From Spirochaetales bacterium (GTDB lineage Bacteria; Spirochaetota; Spirochaetia; JABEVK01): 28,423 nt of DNA. The translations under genes and the position numbers were made by a program. Under the pieces are notes generated by a model. The model had not been told where the DNA came from. It searched no databases and was given only the letters and a program-made list of their open reading frames with translations. How positions within the stretch are numbered: the first letter of the stretch is position 1; each line of letters opens with the position of its first letter. The stretch lies in contig JBAXAI010000043.1 of assembly GCA_037142615.1 (NCBI GenBank), forward strand, positions 1-28,423. The letters are read 5' to 3'. Shown here in pieces: positions 15,043 to 24,436 of this stretch.

Positions 15043-17499
15043 CTAGGGTGTGATGGCGTGACTGGGGTCATGCCTCCGGGTAGCGGGATCCGACCGGCAC
15101 GAGCCAGCCGGGGTCTTGGTGATCCAGTTGTTGATCGGTTCGTGATCGCGCATCGAACGCCACACGTCTTCGGCCCTAATGGGCATGTGGGTCAGTTCGG
15201 CGTCGACCGCCTGCTGAATGGCGTTACCGAGGGCCGGCGCCACCGAAATCATGGGGTGCTCGCCCACGCCGCGGGCGCCGTACGGGCCGTCCAGTTGCGG
15301 GGTTTCGACGACGATGCTCTCGATCACGTCGGGGATGTCGCGCGAGGTGGGGATCTTGTTGTCGGTGAAGCTCGGGTTGAGCAGGTGACCCGCCACGTCG
15401 AAGATGTAGCCTTCGCAGACGGCTGTTCCCAGGCCCTGGATCATGCCGCCGATACACTGGCCGCGCACGATGTCGGGGTTGATCACCTGGCCCACGTCGA
15501 ACACCGACGACACTTGCCTCACATGGAACTCGCCGGTGTGCGGGTCGACCTCGGCGATGACGCCGTGGGCGCCGTAGGTCCAGTCGAGCGCGGGGTTGCC
15601 CTGGCCGGTCTCTTTGTCGAGGTTGCTCAGGCCCTGCGCCACGTAGCGGCCGACGCCGATGAGAGGCCCGCCGATGGCGTTGCCGTCGGGGAAGGCATAG
15701 CCGATCGACATCGCGGCAAACGTGACGCCCGTCTGGGGACGGTGGCGCACAAACACTTTGGTGTCGTCGTGGTCGAGGTCGGCCGGTTGGGCCCGGAGAA
15801 TCTGCCCCGCAACCTCATAGGCGTTCTTCAGCAGGTCGTCTGCGGCTAGGATGCAGGCGTTGCCCGACAGCAGCAGGCCCTTCGAGGCCACGGTCTGCCA
15901 GTCGTAGGGGTCTCGGTCGGTGTCTTTTTCGACGGTGACCTTCACCTGGTCGAGGCGGAACTTCAGGCGTTCGGCGACAATCTGGCCTAGCGCGGTGGCC
16001 GAGCCCTGACCCATTTCGGTGAGCGCGAGGTTGACGTTCACACTGCCGTCGGAGTTCATTTTGATGATGGTGGCGGTGGCCGTGAACGGCGGCATGGCTG
16101 GGGCCTTGTGGAGCGCCGCGATGCCCTTGCCGATCTTGAGGCCGGTGGCCTTTTCGCGGGCGAGCTCGTCGGGGGTGAGTTGGCCGTAGTTGATGGCTTG
16201 GGCCGCCGCGTCCAGACACTTCACGACGTTGCCGGTGTGTTCGGTGATCACCTCGCCGGTGAGCGTCACCGAGCCGGGGCGCAGAGCGTTCTTCAGGCGG
16301 AACTTGAGAGGGTCCATGCCGATGGCGTGGGCCACCAGTTCCATGTGCCGCTCGAGCCCCCAGAAGAACTCGACGTGGCCAAAGCCCCGGTAGGCGGTGC
16401 CGTAGGGTTTGTTGGTGTAAATGGTGTAGGCGTCGAGGTGTGCGTTGGGAATCTCGTACGGGCCGGCTGCAGAATAGCCCGACGCACGGGTGACGTTGAC
16501 GGCGTAGTCGGCGTAGGCCCCGGCGTCCCAGTACATCCACATTTGCTGGGCAAGGATCTTGCCATCGCTGCTGACCCCGGTCTTGATGCGGTAGGTGAGC
16601 GCCGAGCGGCAGGGGAGAAGGCTGAACTCTTCTTCGCGGGTGGCCTGGAACTTGACGGGAGCGCCGCCAGCCTTGCGGCTGAGGCAGGCCACCAGCGGTT
16701 CGATGTGGATGCCTGCCTTGCCGCCAAAACCGCCGCCGACGTGGGGAATCACCACGCGCACCTTGTTGAGCGGCAGCTTGAACGCGTAGCAGAACAGGTT
16801 GCGTACCGTGAAGGGCGACTGAGCGCTGGTCCAGATGGTCACGTCGTCGCCGAGCTTCCACTGCACGATGGCGACGTGGGTCTCCATGGGCACGTGTTGC
16901 ACCGAAGGGTTGGTGTATTCGCGGTCGATGATCCACTCGGCCTCTTCAAAACCCTTTTCGACGTCGCCCTTACGGAGCTTGGTGAGGTTGGCGATGTTGG
17001 TGCCGGGCATGGGCGTGAACGCGGCCTTGACGTAGTCGTACTGGCCCAGGTCGGGGTGCACCAGCGGGGCGCCTTCCTTCAGCGCGTCCATGTGGTTGAG
17101 GATGGGCGGAAGCACCTCGTAGGTGACCTCGATGAGGTCGACGGCCTTTTTCGCGATGGCCAAGGTGTCGGCGGCTACGGCGGCCACGGCCTCGCCAAAG
17201 TGGCGTACCTCACCCTTGGCCAGGATGTCCTTGTCGACGACGTACAAGCCCAGACGGTAGTCGAGTTCGGTGCCGACCAGCACGGCGCGGACGCCGGGCA
17301 GGGCCTCGGCCTTGCTGGTATCGATCTTGAGGATCTTGGCCCGGGCGTGCGGGCTCTTCTTCACCTGGGCGTGGAGCATGCCAGGCAGAATCATGTCGCT
17401 GGCGTAGATCGCCTGGCCGGTCATTTTTTCGAGGCCTTCAACGCGCGGGGCGTCGCGACCGACGTGCTTCAGCGTGGAGGGGTCTTGGTGGTCAAGCAT
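15043..17499 (-). CDS. Xanthine dehydrogenase-family molybdopterin-binding (large) subunit
   Basis: Start MLDHQDP..VGRDAPRVEGLEKMTG (ATG 17499); QHVPMETH, GGGFGGK, AYRGFG, EMGQG, GQCIGG..QG.G, GARGVGEHP (catalytic Glu). Confidence 0.95.
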   Translation of the reverse strand: MLDHQDPSTLKHVGRDAPRVEGLEKMTGQAIYASDMILPGMLHAQVKKSPHARAKILKIDTSKAEALPGVRAVLVGTELDYRLGLYVVDKDILAKGEVRHFGEAVAAVAADTLAIAKKAVDLIEVTYEVLPPILNHMDALKEGAPLVHPDLGQYDYVKAAFTPMPGTNIANLTKLRKGDVEKGFEEAEWIIDREYTNPSVQHVPMETHVAIVQWKLGDDVTIWTSAQSPFTVRNLFCYAFKLPLNKVRVVIPHVGGGFGGKAGIHIEPLVACLSRKAGGAPVKFQATREEEFSLLPCRSALTYRIKTGVSSDGKILAQQMWMYWDAGAYADYAVNVTRASGYSAAGPYEIPNAHLDAYTIYTNKPYGTAYRGFGHVEFFWGLERHMELVAHAIGMDPLKFRLKNALRPGSVTLTGEVITEHTGNVVKCLDAAAQAINYGQLTPDELAREKATGLKIGKGIAALHKAPAMPPFTATATIIKMNSDGSVNVNLALTEMGQGSATALGQIVAERLKFRLDQVKVTVEKDTDRDPYDWQTVASKGLLLSGNACILAADDLLKNAYEVAGQILRAQPADLDHDDTKVFVRHRPQTGVTFAAMSIGYAFPDGNAIGGPLIGVGRYVAQGLSNLDKETGQGNPALDWTYGAHGVIAEVDPHTGEFHVRQVSSVFDVGQVINPDIVRGQCIGGMIQGLGTAVCEGYIFDVAGHLLNPSFTDNKIPTSRDIPDVIESIVVETPQLDGPYGARGVGEHPMISVAPALGNAIQQAVDAELTHMPIRAEDVWRSMRDHEPINNWITKTPAGSCRSDPATRRHDPSHAITP

Positions 17500-17998
17500 G
17501 TTTGAGGACTCCCTTGGCCGAAGGCTGTCCGTCGGCCCCCGTTTGGCCCGAGACCTCGAGGACGGCCTCGATGATCTGCTGGTACCCGGTGCAGCGGCAG
17601 AAGTTGCCCTCAATGCCGTCTTTGATGTCTTCCACCGTGGGCTTGGGGTTGGTTCGCAGCAACTCGCGGGTCGACAGGATCATGCCCGAGGTGCAGAAGC
17701 CGCACTGCACGGCGTGGTGCTTGTGGAAGGCTTCCTGGATTCGGGAAAGTTGGCCTTGCTGAGCCTCGCCCTCGATGGTCTCGACCACCTTTCCGTCGGC
17801 TTCGACCGCGAGCACCATGCAGGCGTTGACGGTGCGCCCGTCGAAAAACACGGTGCAGGCCCCGCACTCACCGGCGCCGCAACCTTCCTTGGTGCCGATG
17901 AGGCCGAGGTCTTCGCGGAGAAAATGCAAAAGCGTCTGGCTTTCGGCCACGCTGCGGGCGTAGGCCTTGCCGTTGACGGTGAGTTGGATGGCGATCAT
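17492..17998 (-). CDS. Xanthine dehydrogenase-family 2x[2Fe-2S] small subunit
   Basis: Start MIAIQLTVNG; GTKEGCGAGECGACTV, QCGFCTSG, GNFCRCTGY. Confidence 0.96.
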   Translation of the reverse strand: MIAIQLTVNGKAYARSVAESQTLLHFLREDLGLIGTKEGCGAGECGACTVFFDGRTVNACMVLAVEADGKVVETIEGEAQQGQLSRIQEAFHKHHAVQCGFCTSGMILSTRELLRTNPKPTVEDIKDGIEGNFCRCTGYQQIIEAVLEVSGQTGADGQPSAKGVLKHA

Positions 17999-18807
17999 TT
18001 GGTTTCCTCCCAGAGGCGTCGAAGGTAGGCTTCGACCATGAACAGGCGGTATTCCTTGGTGCAGCGGATGTCGCTGATGGGGCTGACAGCGGCCAGCGTG
18101 GCCTTCACCACGTCGTCGAGCGGCGTGTTGTCGGTGAAGCCTTCGACCAACACGGGCACCGGCGCGGCCGAGCTGACGCTGACGCTGAGCTTGCCGTTCT
18201 TGCGGGCCACGGCAACGCCGACAATGCCCAGGTCGTGGCCCGTGATGCGCTTGAGCTTGCGGTATTCGCCGCGGGTGCCTGCCGAGGCTGCCGGTACCAC
18301 GATGCGTTCGACGATTTCGTCGGGGGCGAGAGCCGTCTTTTTGACGCCGGTGAAGAACTGCTGGAAGAGCAGGTCGCGAGTGCCGCGTACCGAGCTCAGG
18401 TGAGCGACGGCACCCAAACACAGGAGTGCCGGGGCCATGTCGGAACACGGCGAAGCGTTGACCACATTGCCGATGACCGTGGCACGGTTGCGGATCTGAT
18501 AACTGGCCAAATCGTGAGCGCAGACGGCCAGGAGGGGGTACTCCCGGCGCACCCGTTCGTCGCGAAGCAAGTCATTGATGGTCGTCGTCATGCCGAGAAC
18601 CAGCCCTTCGGCGGTCCACTCCAGGCCGCTGGGCTCGGCGAGGCGCTTGAGGTCAATGACAACCTCGGGCTTCACCGAGCCGGCCCGGATACCGGTCAGC
18701 AGGTCCGTGCCTCCGGCCAACACCTTGGCTTTGCCCTGATGCTCGGAGACCAGACTCAACAGTTGTTTGCGGCTCTCGGGAGCCGCGTAGCGGAAATCGT
18801 GCAGCAT
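17995..18807 (-). CDS. Xanthine dehydrogenase-family FAD-binding (medium) subunit
   Basis: Start MLHDFRYAAP; LAGGTDL, ASYQIRNRATVIGN, ASPCSD, PISDIR..KEYR. Confidence 0.95.
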   Translation of the reverse strand: MLHDFRYAAPESRKQLLSLVSEHQGKAKVLAGGTDLLTGIRAGSVKPEVVIDLKRLAEPSGLEWTAEGLVLGMTTTINDLLRDERVRREYPLLAVCAHDLASYQIRNRATVIGNVVNASPCSDMAPALLCLGAVAHLSSVRGTRDLLFQQFFTGVKKTALAPDEIVERIVVPAASAGTRGEYRKLKRITGHDLGIVGVAVARKNGKLSVSVSSAAPVPVLVEGFTDNTPLDDVVKATLAAVSPISDIRCTKEYRLFMVEAYLRRLWEETK

Positions 18808-18817
18808 AGCGTTTCCT

Positions 18818-19783
18818 TTAGGCGGGGATTCCACCCCGGATGATGCGGGTTCCGGTTTCGCCCTGGAGGGCTCGTTTGAGGTTTTCAGCGTTGGTGATGA
18901 CGGCCTGGTGGCCGCCCGCGGCCAAGTAAGCCAGAACGGCCCGGATCTTGGGCTCCATGCTTCCCTTGCCAAACTGGCCTTGGGCCAGATAGGCCTCGGC
19001 CTCGGCCACCGTGAGCGAGGTCAGCTCGCGCTGCGTGGGCTTGTTGAAGTCCAGACAGACCTTTTCGACCTCGGTGGCAATGACAAACAGGTCGGCGTCG
19101 ATGGCTCCGGCGAGCAGGGCCGAGGCATAATCCTTGTCGATGACGGCTTCGACGCCCGAAAGCGTTCCGTCGGTTTCTTCCACCACGGGAATGCCTCCAC
19201 CCCCGGCAGCGATGACGGTTTCGCCCTTGTCGATGAGCACGCGGATGATGGTTTCCTGGACGATACGCAGTGGGGCAGGCGAGGGGACCACCCGGCGCCA
19301 GCCTCGGCCGGAGTCTTCCATCACCGTCCAGCCGTCTTCGACGCGGTGCTTTTCGGCGGCGGCGGCGTCCATGAACGAGCCGACAGGCTTGGTGGGGTGG
19401 GCAAAACCCGGATCCTTGCGGTCCACGACGGTTTGCGAAATCAGAGCCACCGCCCGGTTGGGCATTCCACGCTTGCGAAACTCGTTGTACAAAGCCACCT
19501 CGAACATGTAGCCGATGGACCCCTGGGTGTTGCTGCCGCAGTAGTCGAGCGGGGCGGGGGGCAGTTCGGCCGAGCTGAGTTCCGACTTGCGCAGCAGAAA
19601 GCCGACTTGCGGACCGTTGCCATGGGTGAGCACCACCCGCCAGCCGTCGGCGATGAGATCGACGATGTGGGGCACCGTGAGGCGCACCGACTCGTACTGG
19701 TCGTACAGCGAGGTGTGCTGGGGGTCGCGGATGAGGGCGTTGCCCCCGACGGCGACGACGGCGGTGCGGATTGCGGTGCTCAT
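18818..19783 (-). CDS. arcC: Carbamate kinase
   Basis: VAVGGNAL, THGNGPQVG, TQGSIGY, PTKPVG, EDSGRGWRRVVPSP, GGGGIPV, VEAVIDKD, GSMEPKI; ATG 19783 after an SD. Confidence 0.96.
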   Translation of the reverse strand: MSTAIRTAVVAVGGNALIRDPQHTSLYDQYESVRLTVPHIVDLIADGWRVVLTHGNGPQVGFLLRKSELSSAELPPAPLDYCGSNTQGSIGYMFEVALYNEFRKRGMPNRAVALISQTVVDRKDPGFAHPTKPVGSFMDAAAAEKHRVEDGWTVMEDSGRGWRRVVPSPAPLRIVQETIIRVLIDKGETVIAAGGGGIPVVEETDGTLSGVEAVIDKDYASALLAGAIDADLFVIATEVEKVCLDFNKPTQRELTSLTVAEAEAYLAQGQFGKGSMEPKIRAVLAYLAAGGHQAVITNAENLKRALQGETGTRIIRGGIPA

Positions 19784-20604
19784 GCTGTTGCTCCTTCGAT
19801 GTTCCAGGCCCCGAGAAAACCCTGGGCCGCGTCGGTTCCCGAACTGTGTCCTAGCGCTGCCAGGGCCTCGACCGTGCTTGCCAGATCGTCGCGATGACCC
19901 AGCGCGGCCTGGCCAAAAGCGACCAGCGCAGCGCCAAAGCGGCCCCGGAAAGCCTCGGTGACAAAGGCCGCTGAGATCGCACCCGTCCGGGTCTCCCAGT
20001 CGATGTTCTCGGCGCGGACCGACAGGTCGCCCAGCCTTCCCTGCGCCTCCAAGCCGGCCAAAAATCCGCAAAGCAGATCGTCACCCGCCGGTGTGAGGCC
20101 GGGGCCGAGCCCGACAAGCTGCTCGACGGCCTGCCATTGCTGAACCGTCGAGCCGCTGGCCACCGCGTCTTGCAGGCGTCTCAAACCCGCGTTCAGCACC
20201 GACAGGTACAGGTTGCGGTCTGACCGAGCGGCCACCACGGCGGCGATAGCCTTTGCCGCCAACCTCAGCGTGGGGCGCGGGTCACGCTCTTTCGAGGCCG
20301 CACCCGCCGACCGGCTGTGGACCCGCTCGGTTTCGGGCTCGGCAAATCTGAGTCCGAGCGAACCGATGTTGAGCGTCACCACGTGACCGGTTTCCAGACC
20401 CGACTCGTCGAAGTTCAACCCCGGAGCCAGCACGGCTCGCGGGTGGGCCAGCCCCGGGTCGGTCACTACGGACACCAGAACCCCTGTTTCGGCCCGCAGG
20501 TTCACGGCGCGCGAAAACACGCTGTGCACCGTGAAGTTGCCTCCGGAGCGGGGGAACGACGAGCCCGCGCGGCAACCGCTCAGGCTAGCGACCCAGGTGT
20601 GCAC
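19780..20604 (-). CDS. DUF2877 protein (YahE/YlbF(AllH)-like carbamoyltransferase subunit)
   Basis: VHSVFSRAVN, LVGLGPGLTPAGDDLLCG, TGAIS, GHSSGTD motifs; start (GTG 20604) is uncertain. Confidence 0.88.
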   Translation of the reverse strand: MHTWVASLSGCRAGSSFPRSGGNFTVHSVFSRAVNLRAETGVLVSVVTDPGLAHPRAVLAPGLNFDESGLETGHVVTLNIGSLGLRFAEPETERVHSRSAGAASKERDPRPTLRLAAKAIAAVVAARSDRNLYLSVLNAGLRRLQDAVASGSTVQQWQAVEQLVGLGPGLTPAGDDLLCGFLAGLEAQGRLGDLSVRAENIDWETRTGAISAAFVTEAFRGRFGAALVAFGQAALGHRDDLASTVEALAALGHSSGTDAAQGFLGAWNIEGATA

Positions 20605-21250
20605 GCACCAAGGCGTCCTTGATCGCCGCTTCCACGTTGGTTTTGCCCCATTCGATGTTGCGCCGCAACGCCACCGAAACCGTCGCCAGATCCTTCTGCC
20701 GCAACGCCGCGATGATTTCGAGGTGGTCGACGCAGGTCTGCCGCAGCCGCTCGGTGTTGGTAATGTCAGACCGGCGCACAAAATGAATGTGACTGTCGAT
20801 GGCTCCCAGCGCTCGCACCAGCACGCGGTTGCCTGTGGCCTCGGCCAGCTCGCGGTGAAACCCCTCGTCTTCTTCGGCGGCTTTGGGCGAAAGAGCGGGC
20901 AAACCATCGCGCAGCTGCGTCCAACGGGCCTCCATGCGGTCGAGCACCGCGCCATCGACGCCGGCCCGGCACAGACGGGCCACCACATCCAGTTCCAGCA
21001 CCAGGCGCACATCGTACGAGTCTTTGATTTCCTGCAAATCGAGGTCGCGAACGGTGTAGCCCTGGCGCGCGTTTTTTCGCACCAAGCCGCGCTCCACGAG
21101 CATGTTGAGCGCCTCGCGGACCGGGCTCCGGCTGACCTGGAACTCGGCGCAAAGGCCTTCCTCGGTCAGTCGATGGCTCGGCGGGTACTCCCAACCCAGA
21201 ATCCGGAGGCTGAGCTGCTCGTAGATGTCCCCGCTCAGATTCACGATCAT
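20585..21250 (-). CDS. GntR (FadR/FCD-type) transcriptional regulator
   Basis: wHTH LTEEGLCAEFQVSRSPVREAL..L...GLV; FCD domain R..LE, D..FH, GN..L, DH..I. Confidence 0.93.
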   Translation of the reverse strand: MIVNLSGDIYEQLSLRILGWEYPPSHRLTEEGLCAEFQVSRSPVREALNMLVERGLVRKNARQGYTVRDLDLQEIKDSYDVRLVLELDVVARLCRAGVDGAVLDRMEARWTQLRDGLPALSPKAAEEDEGFHRELAEATGNRVLVRALGAIDSHIHFVRRSDITNTERLRQTCVDHLEIIAALRQKDLATVSVALRRNIEWGKTNVEAAIKDALVRAHLGR

Positions 21251-21627
21251 TGGAATACGAAGATCTTCACCGGCTTGCCGGGCCTTTCGTCGGATTCCTC
21301 GACGCTCGCGGTCAGTTTGAGCCCGGTTTTGGGCTCGTCGACCTCGACGCGGCCCGAGGCCCGCAGTCCGTTCTCAAACTGCACGATGCCGAACTGCAAG
21401 AACTTCTTGTTGTAGCCCTCGGGCAGATTCCACACCCTCGTCCAGGTGAGCAGGGTGCAGGGACCGCCCATTTCAAAGGTGGTCCAGTTGCGCTTGGTCA
21501 CCGGGTCGCGCCGGGCGCCGCACTTGCGACAGATCATCGGCGCCGGGTAGTAGCTCGTGCCGCACTTGTCGCACGTGTACCCCAGAATCTCGGGGGCTTT
21601 CACGTCGTACATGCTGAAGTCAATCAT
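21247..21627 (-). CDS. DUF35-type Zn-ribbon plus OB-fold protein (thiolase partner)
   Basis: CDKCGTSYYPAPMICRKCG zinc ribbon followed by an OB-fold (LLTWTRV, GIVQFENG); adjacent to the thiolase-fold gene. Confidence 0.88.
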   Translation of the reverse strand: MIDFSMYDVKAPEILGYTCDKCGTSYYPAPMICRKCGARRDPVTKRNWTTFEMGGPCTLLTWTRVWNLPEGYNKKFLQFGIVQFENGLRASGRVEVDEPKTGLKLTASVEESDERPGKPVKIFVFQ

Positions 21628-21636
21628 GGCGTCCTC

Positions 21637-22836
21637 CTAGTCCTTGGCACAGATGACGGCGACGACGTTGTTACCGAAGCCACCGAAGTTGACCGACATC
21701 CCGTACTTGGGATCCTTGACCTGACGGCCTTCTTCGGCCTCGCCCCGCAGTTGACGCACCAGTTCGACAACCTGGCTGACGCCGGTGCCGCCCACGGGGT
21801 GTCCTTTCGACTTCAGCCCCCCCGAGGTGTTGATCGGCATGCGACCGGTGATCGCGGTTTCACCCTTGCGGGCGGCCAGGAACGACTTGCCACGCTCAAA
21901 AAAGCCGACTTCTTCGCTGATGGCGAGTTCCAGGATGCTGAAAGCGTCGTGAAGTTCGGCAAAGTTGATGTCGCTGGGCTTCAGGCCTGCCATCTTGTAG
22001 GCTTTTTCGCCGGCGATGCGCACAGCGTTGAGTTGAAGCGGGTCGGCCCGGTTGTGCACGCAATGCGTGTCGGTCGCGCTGGCCACTCCGGCGATGCGAA
22101 CCGCCTTCTTGGCAAACAGCTTGGCCTTGGGTGAGTCCATGTTGACCAGCAGCAACGCGGCCGCTCCGTCGGAAACCGGGCACGTCGAGTACATGCGCAG
22201 CGGTTCGGCGATGTAGTTGTTCACCACGTCGGCCTCGGGACCATCGGCGATGGCCTCGACCGTGCAGGTGGCCTGGATGTGGGCGTACTTGTTCTTGGCC
22301 CCGTTGTCGTGGTTTTTCACGGCCAGAAGCGCCAAGTCACGCTCGGTCAGGCCGTACTTCTCCATGTACATCCGCGTGAACATGCCGCCAAACCCGGGTA
22401 GTGTCAGGCCCATGTTGTATTCGGTCTCGGTGTCGAGCATGGTCGATACGATATCGGTGGCGTTCCAGCCCGAGACCTTGCGCATGATCTCACCGCCGAC
22501 CACCAGCACGACGTCGGCCATTCCCGACAGGATGGCCATCGTGCCCAATTTGACGGCGCTGGCCCCCGAGGCGGGACCGTTCTCGACCAGTTCGGCCGGA
22601 ACTGGCTCCATGTCGAGGCGGCTGACCATGGACGACGCCACGGCACTTTGGTGACAGAACAGGCCCGACGCCATGTTGGCGACGAACACTTGGTCAATCT
22701 CTTTGCGGTGTTCCAGGAAGCCCGCATCCAACAGCGCGTCGGTGGCCGCGTAGGCCAGAACGTCTGCCAGATCGTACTCGCTGGAGTTGCCGAATCGGGT
22801 GTGCCCTATGCCGACGATTCCTACTCGGGGTGCCAT
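21637..22836 (-). CDS. SCP-x/archaeal-type thiolase-fold protein, catalytic Cys replaced by Pro
   Basis: VGIGHTRFG, ENGPASG (canonical ENACASG), KNHDNG..N..AH, PVSDGAAA, AELHDAF, NTSGGLKSKGHPVGGTG, NFGGFG. Confidence 0.9.
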   Translation of the reverse strand: MAPRVGIVGIGHTRFGNSSEYDLADVLAYAATDALLDAGFLEHRKEIDQVFVANMASGLFCHQSAVASSMVSRLDMEPVPAELVENGPASGASAVKLGTMAILSGMADVVLVVGGEIMRKVSGWNATDIVSTMLDTETEYNMGLTLPGFGGMFTRMYMEKYGLTERDLALLAVKNHDNGAKNKYAHIQATCTVEAIADGPEADVVNNYIAEPLRMYSTCPVSDGAAALLLVNMDSPKAKLFAKKAVRIAGVASATDTHCVHNRADPLQLNAVRIAGEKAYKMAGLKPSDINFAELHDAFSILELAISEEVGFFERGKSFLAARKGETAITGRMPINTSGGLKSKGHPVGGTGVSQVVELVRQLRGEAEEGRQVKDPKYGMSVNFGGFGNNVVAVICAKD

Positions 22837-22839
22837 ACC

Positions 22840-23526
22840 TTACCTCTTGAAGCCGGGGAGCTGGGGATAGTCCGTCGGCATGATGAGCTTTTCGCACGAC
22901 TTGAGGTCGGCGTCGGACACGGGGCGGCTGCCGGTGCACTTGATGTCGCGCACGGCATTCCAGAGCTTGCGGGTGAGCACGAAGGTGGGCACCCCGCCGA
23001 GTTCGTGGCGCACTTCGGGGAACTGGGCCGAACGGTCTTCGAGCTGGTATTCGATCATCCAGCGCTTGAAGCCGTTGGGGCTTTCGGCGACGATCCAGAC
23101 TTCGTCTTCGCCCAGGATGTCGATGTGGTGTTCCATTTTGGCGGCGAACAGCTGGGCACCGACGCGCAGGCCACGCTTGATGGTCATGGTGTGCAGGCTC
23201 ATGCCCAGGCCGGCGCTGACGTGGCGGCTGGTGACGATGCCGGCGATGACGCCGTTGATGGCGCCGACGAGAACGAACTCATTGGCCACGCGGTAGCGGT
23301 ACCAGCCGAGGATTTCGGAGTACATGCGGGCCGCAACAATGTCGTAATAATCTGAAGGGACGCCGATGAGCGGGAACACGGTGCCCAACAGGGCTCCGAC
23401 TTCTTCGCGGCGGGCTTCCCGTACCACCATTTTTTCGCCGCTGGCGAGGGTGATCACCTTGGCGGGGTAGGGCTTGAGCTCGATGGCCGGTGGCCTCAGT
23501 TTCTTTTCCATGTCGTCGATTGCCAT
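22840..23526 (-). CDS. Uncharacterised protein with probable GNAT (N-acyltransferase) fold
   Basis: VVREARREE opening strand, VLVGAINGVIAG hairpin, KRGLRVGAQL resembling acyl-CoA-binding motif A; strong SD (AGGAG) and host-like codon usage. Confidence 0.65.
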   Translation of the reverse strand: MAIDDMEKKLRPPAIELKPYPAKVITLASGEKMVVREARREEVGALLGTVFPLIGVPSDYYDIVAARMYSEILGWYRYRVANEFVLVGAINGVIAGIVTSRHVSAGLGMSLHTMTIKRGLRVGAQLFAAKMEHHIDILGEDEVWIVAESPNGFKRWMIEYQLEDRSAQFPEVRHELGGVPTFVLTRKLWNAVRDIKCTGSRPVSDADLKSCEKLIMPTDYPQLPGFKR

Positions 23527-23563
23527 ATTCTTCTCCTTTTGAAGTTGCCTCTGTGGGCGTTAA

Positions 23564-24436
23564 TTACTTGCGGATCGCTTCTTGGTGCAGCCAGGCGTTT
23601 TCGGACCCGGCGATGTCGCCGTACTTGGTCAGCTTGGCCTTGGCCTTCTTCTTCATCAGCTCTTCGTAGCGGTCGTCGTCCACATGGGCCACGATGCGGG
23701 CGATCGAAGCTTCGCCGTCGACGAACTTCCACGGGTAGCAACCGATGGTGGCCCGCTGGTTGAGCAGCAGGTCGATGTCGCCGCCGACGCACTCAGCGTG
23801 AATCAGGCCGACGTTGAACATCTCGATGTGCATGAGCTGGTACTTGTCTTCGGTGAACACCTCTTCGAGTTTTTTGCCGTACTTCTTTTGGAAGTGCGCG
23901 TCGCACTCCTTGGCCTGCTTGGGCATCCACTCGCGGATCTTGGTGTTCATGGGGTGGTCGGCCGAGCCGCAGTCGACACCGATCCAGCGTAGCTTTTTGC
24001 GTTTGGCCCACTCGGCAAACTCGCGGTCGGGACCCGGGTGCTTGATCATGTAGCGGATCTCGTCGGCGGTCGGCTGGTCCCAGCCGTAGTGGTGGTGGCC
24101 GGTGTGGATGAGCAGGATGTCGCCTTCTTTCACTTCGACGCGGTCTTCGACCATTTTCGAGGTGTAGACGTCGTAGTCGTCGCACACGTCGGACAGGTCG
24201 ACGATGGCGCCTTCATGGACGAGAAAGTCCATGTCCAGACTGGCGATATCTTTCCCCGGCGTATAGAAATGAATCTCGCCGTCAAGGTGCGTGCCCAGGT
24301 GGTTGCTGTGCGTGACCACTTGGCCGTTGGCCCCGTTGGGCGCCAGGCGCTTGAAATACTGCACCTGCAGAGGAATGTAGGTGGGCCAGGGCGGCGTGCC
24401 GACTCCCAGCGGAATGGACAGATCGATGACTTTCAC
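23564..24436 (-). CDS. Cyclase-family (kynurenine formamidase/isatin hydrolase-like) metal amidohydrolase
   Basis: VIDLS.P, HLGTHLD (HxGTHxD), GDILLIHTG, IGVD..S.D, H......G..H.E, P.K..DGEAS..R; GTG start after AGGAG. Confidence 0.9.
   Translation of the reverse strand: MKVIDLSIPLGVGTPPWPTYIPLQVQYFKRLAPNGANGQVVTHSNHLGTHLDGEIHFYTPGKDIASLDMDFLVHEGAIVDLSDVCDDYDVYTSKMVEDRVEVKEGDILLIHTGHHHYGWDQPTADEIRYMIKHPGPDREFAEWAKRKKLRWIGVDCGSADHPMNTKIREWMPKQAKECDAHFQKKYGKKLEEVFTEDKYQLMHIEMFNVGLIHAECVGGDIDLLLNQRATIGCYPWKFVDGEASIARIVAHVDDDRYEELMKKKAKAKLTKYGDIAGSENAWLHQEAIRK

Noticed and set aside
15043-18807. Aerobic CO dehydrogenase coxMSL
   Set aside because: Gene order matches M-S-L, but the active-site loop is AYRGFG rather than AYxCSFR or AYRGAGR.
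20605-21012. Long N-terminal extensions in the ORF track for DUF2877, arcC, FAD, Fe-S and Mo subunits, second permease and last ATPase
   Set aside because: The extensions overlap upstream genes; downstream starts with SD sites or stop/start overlaps fit family N-termini better.
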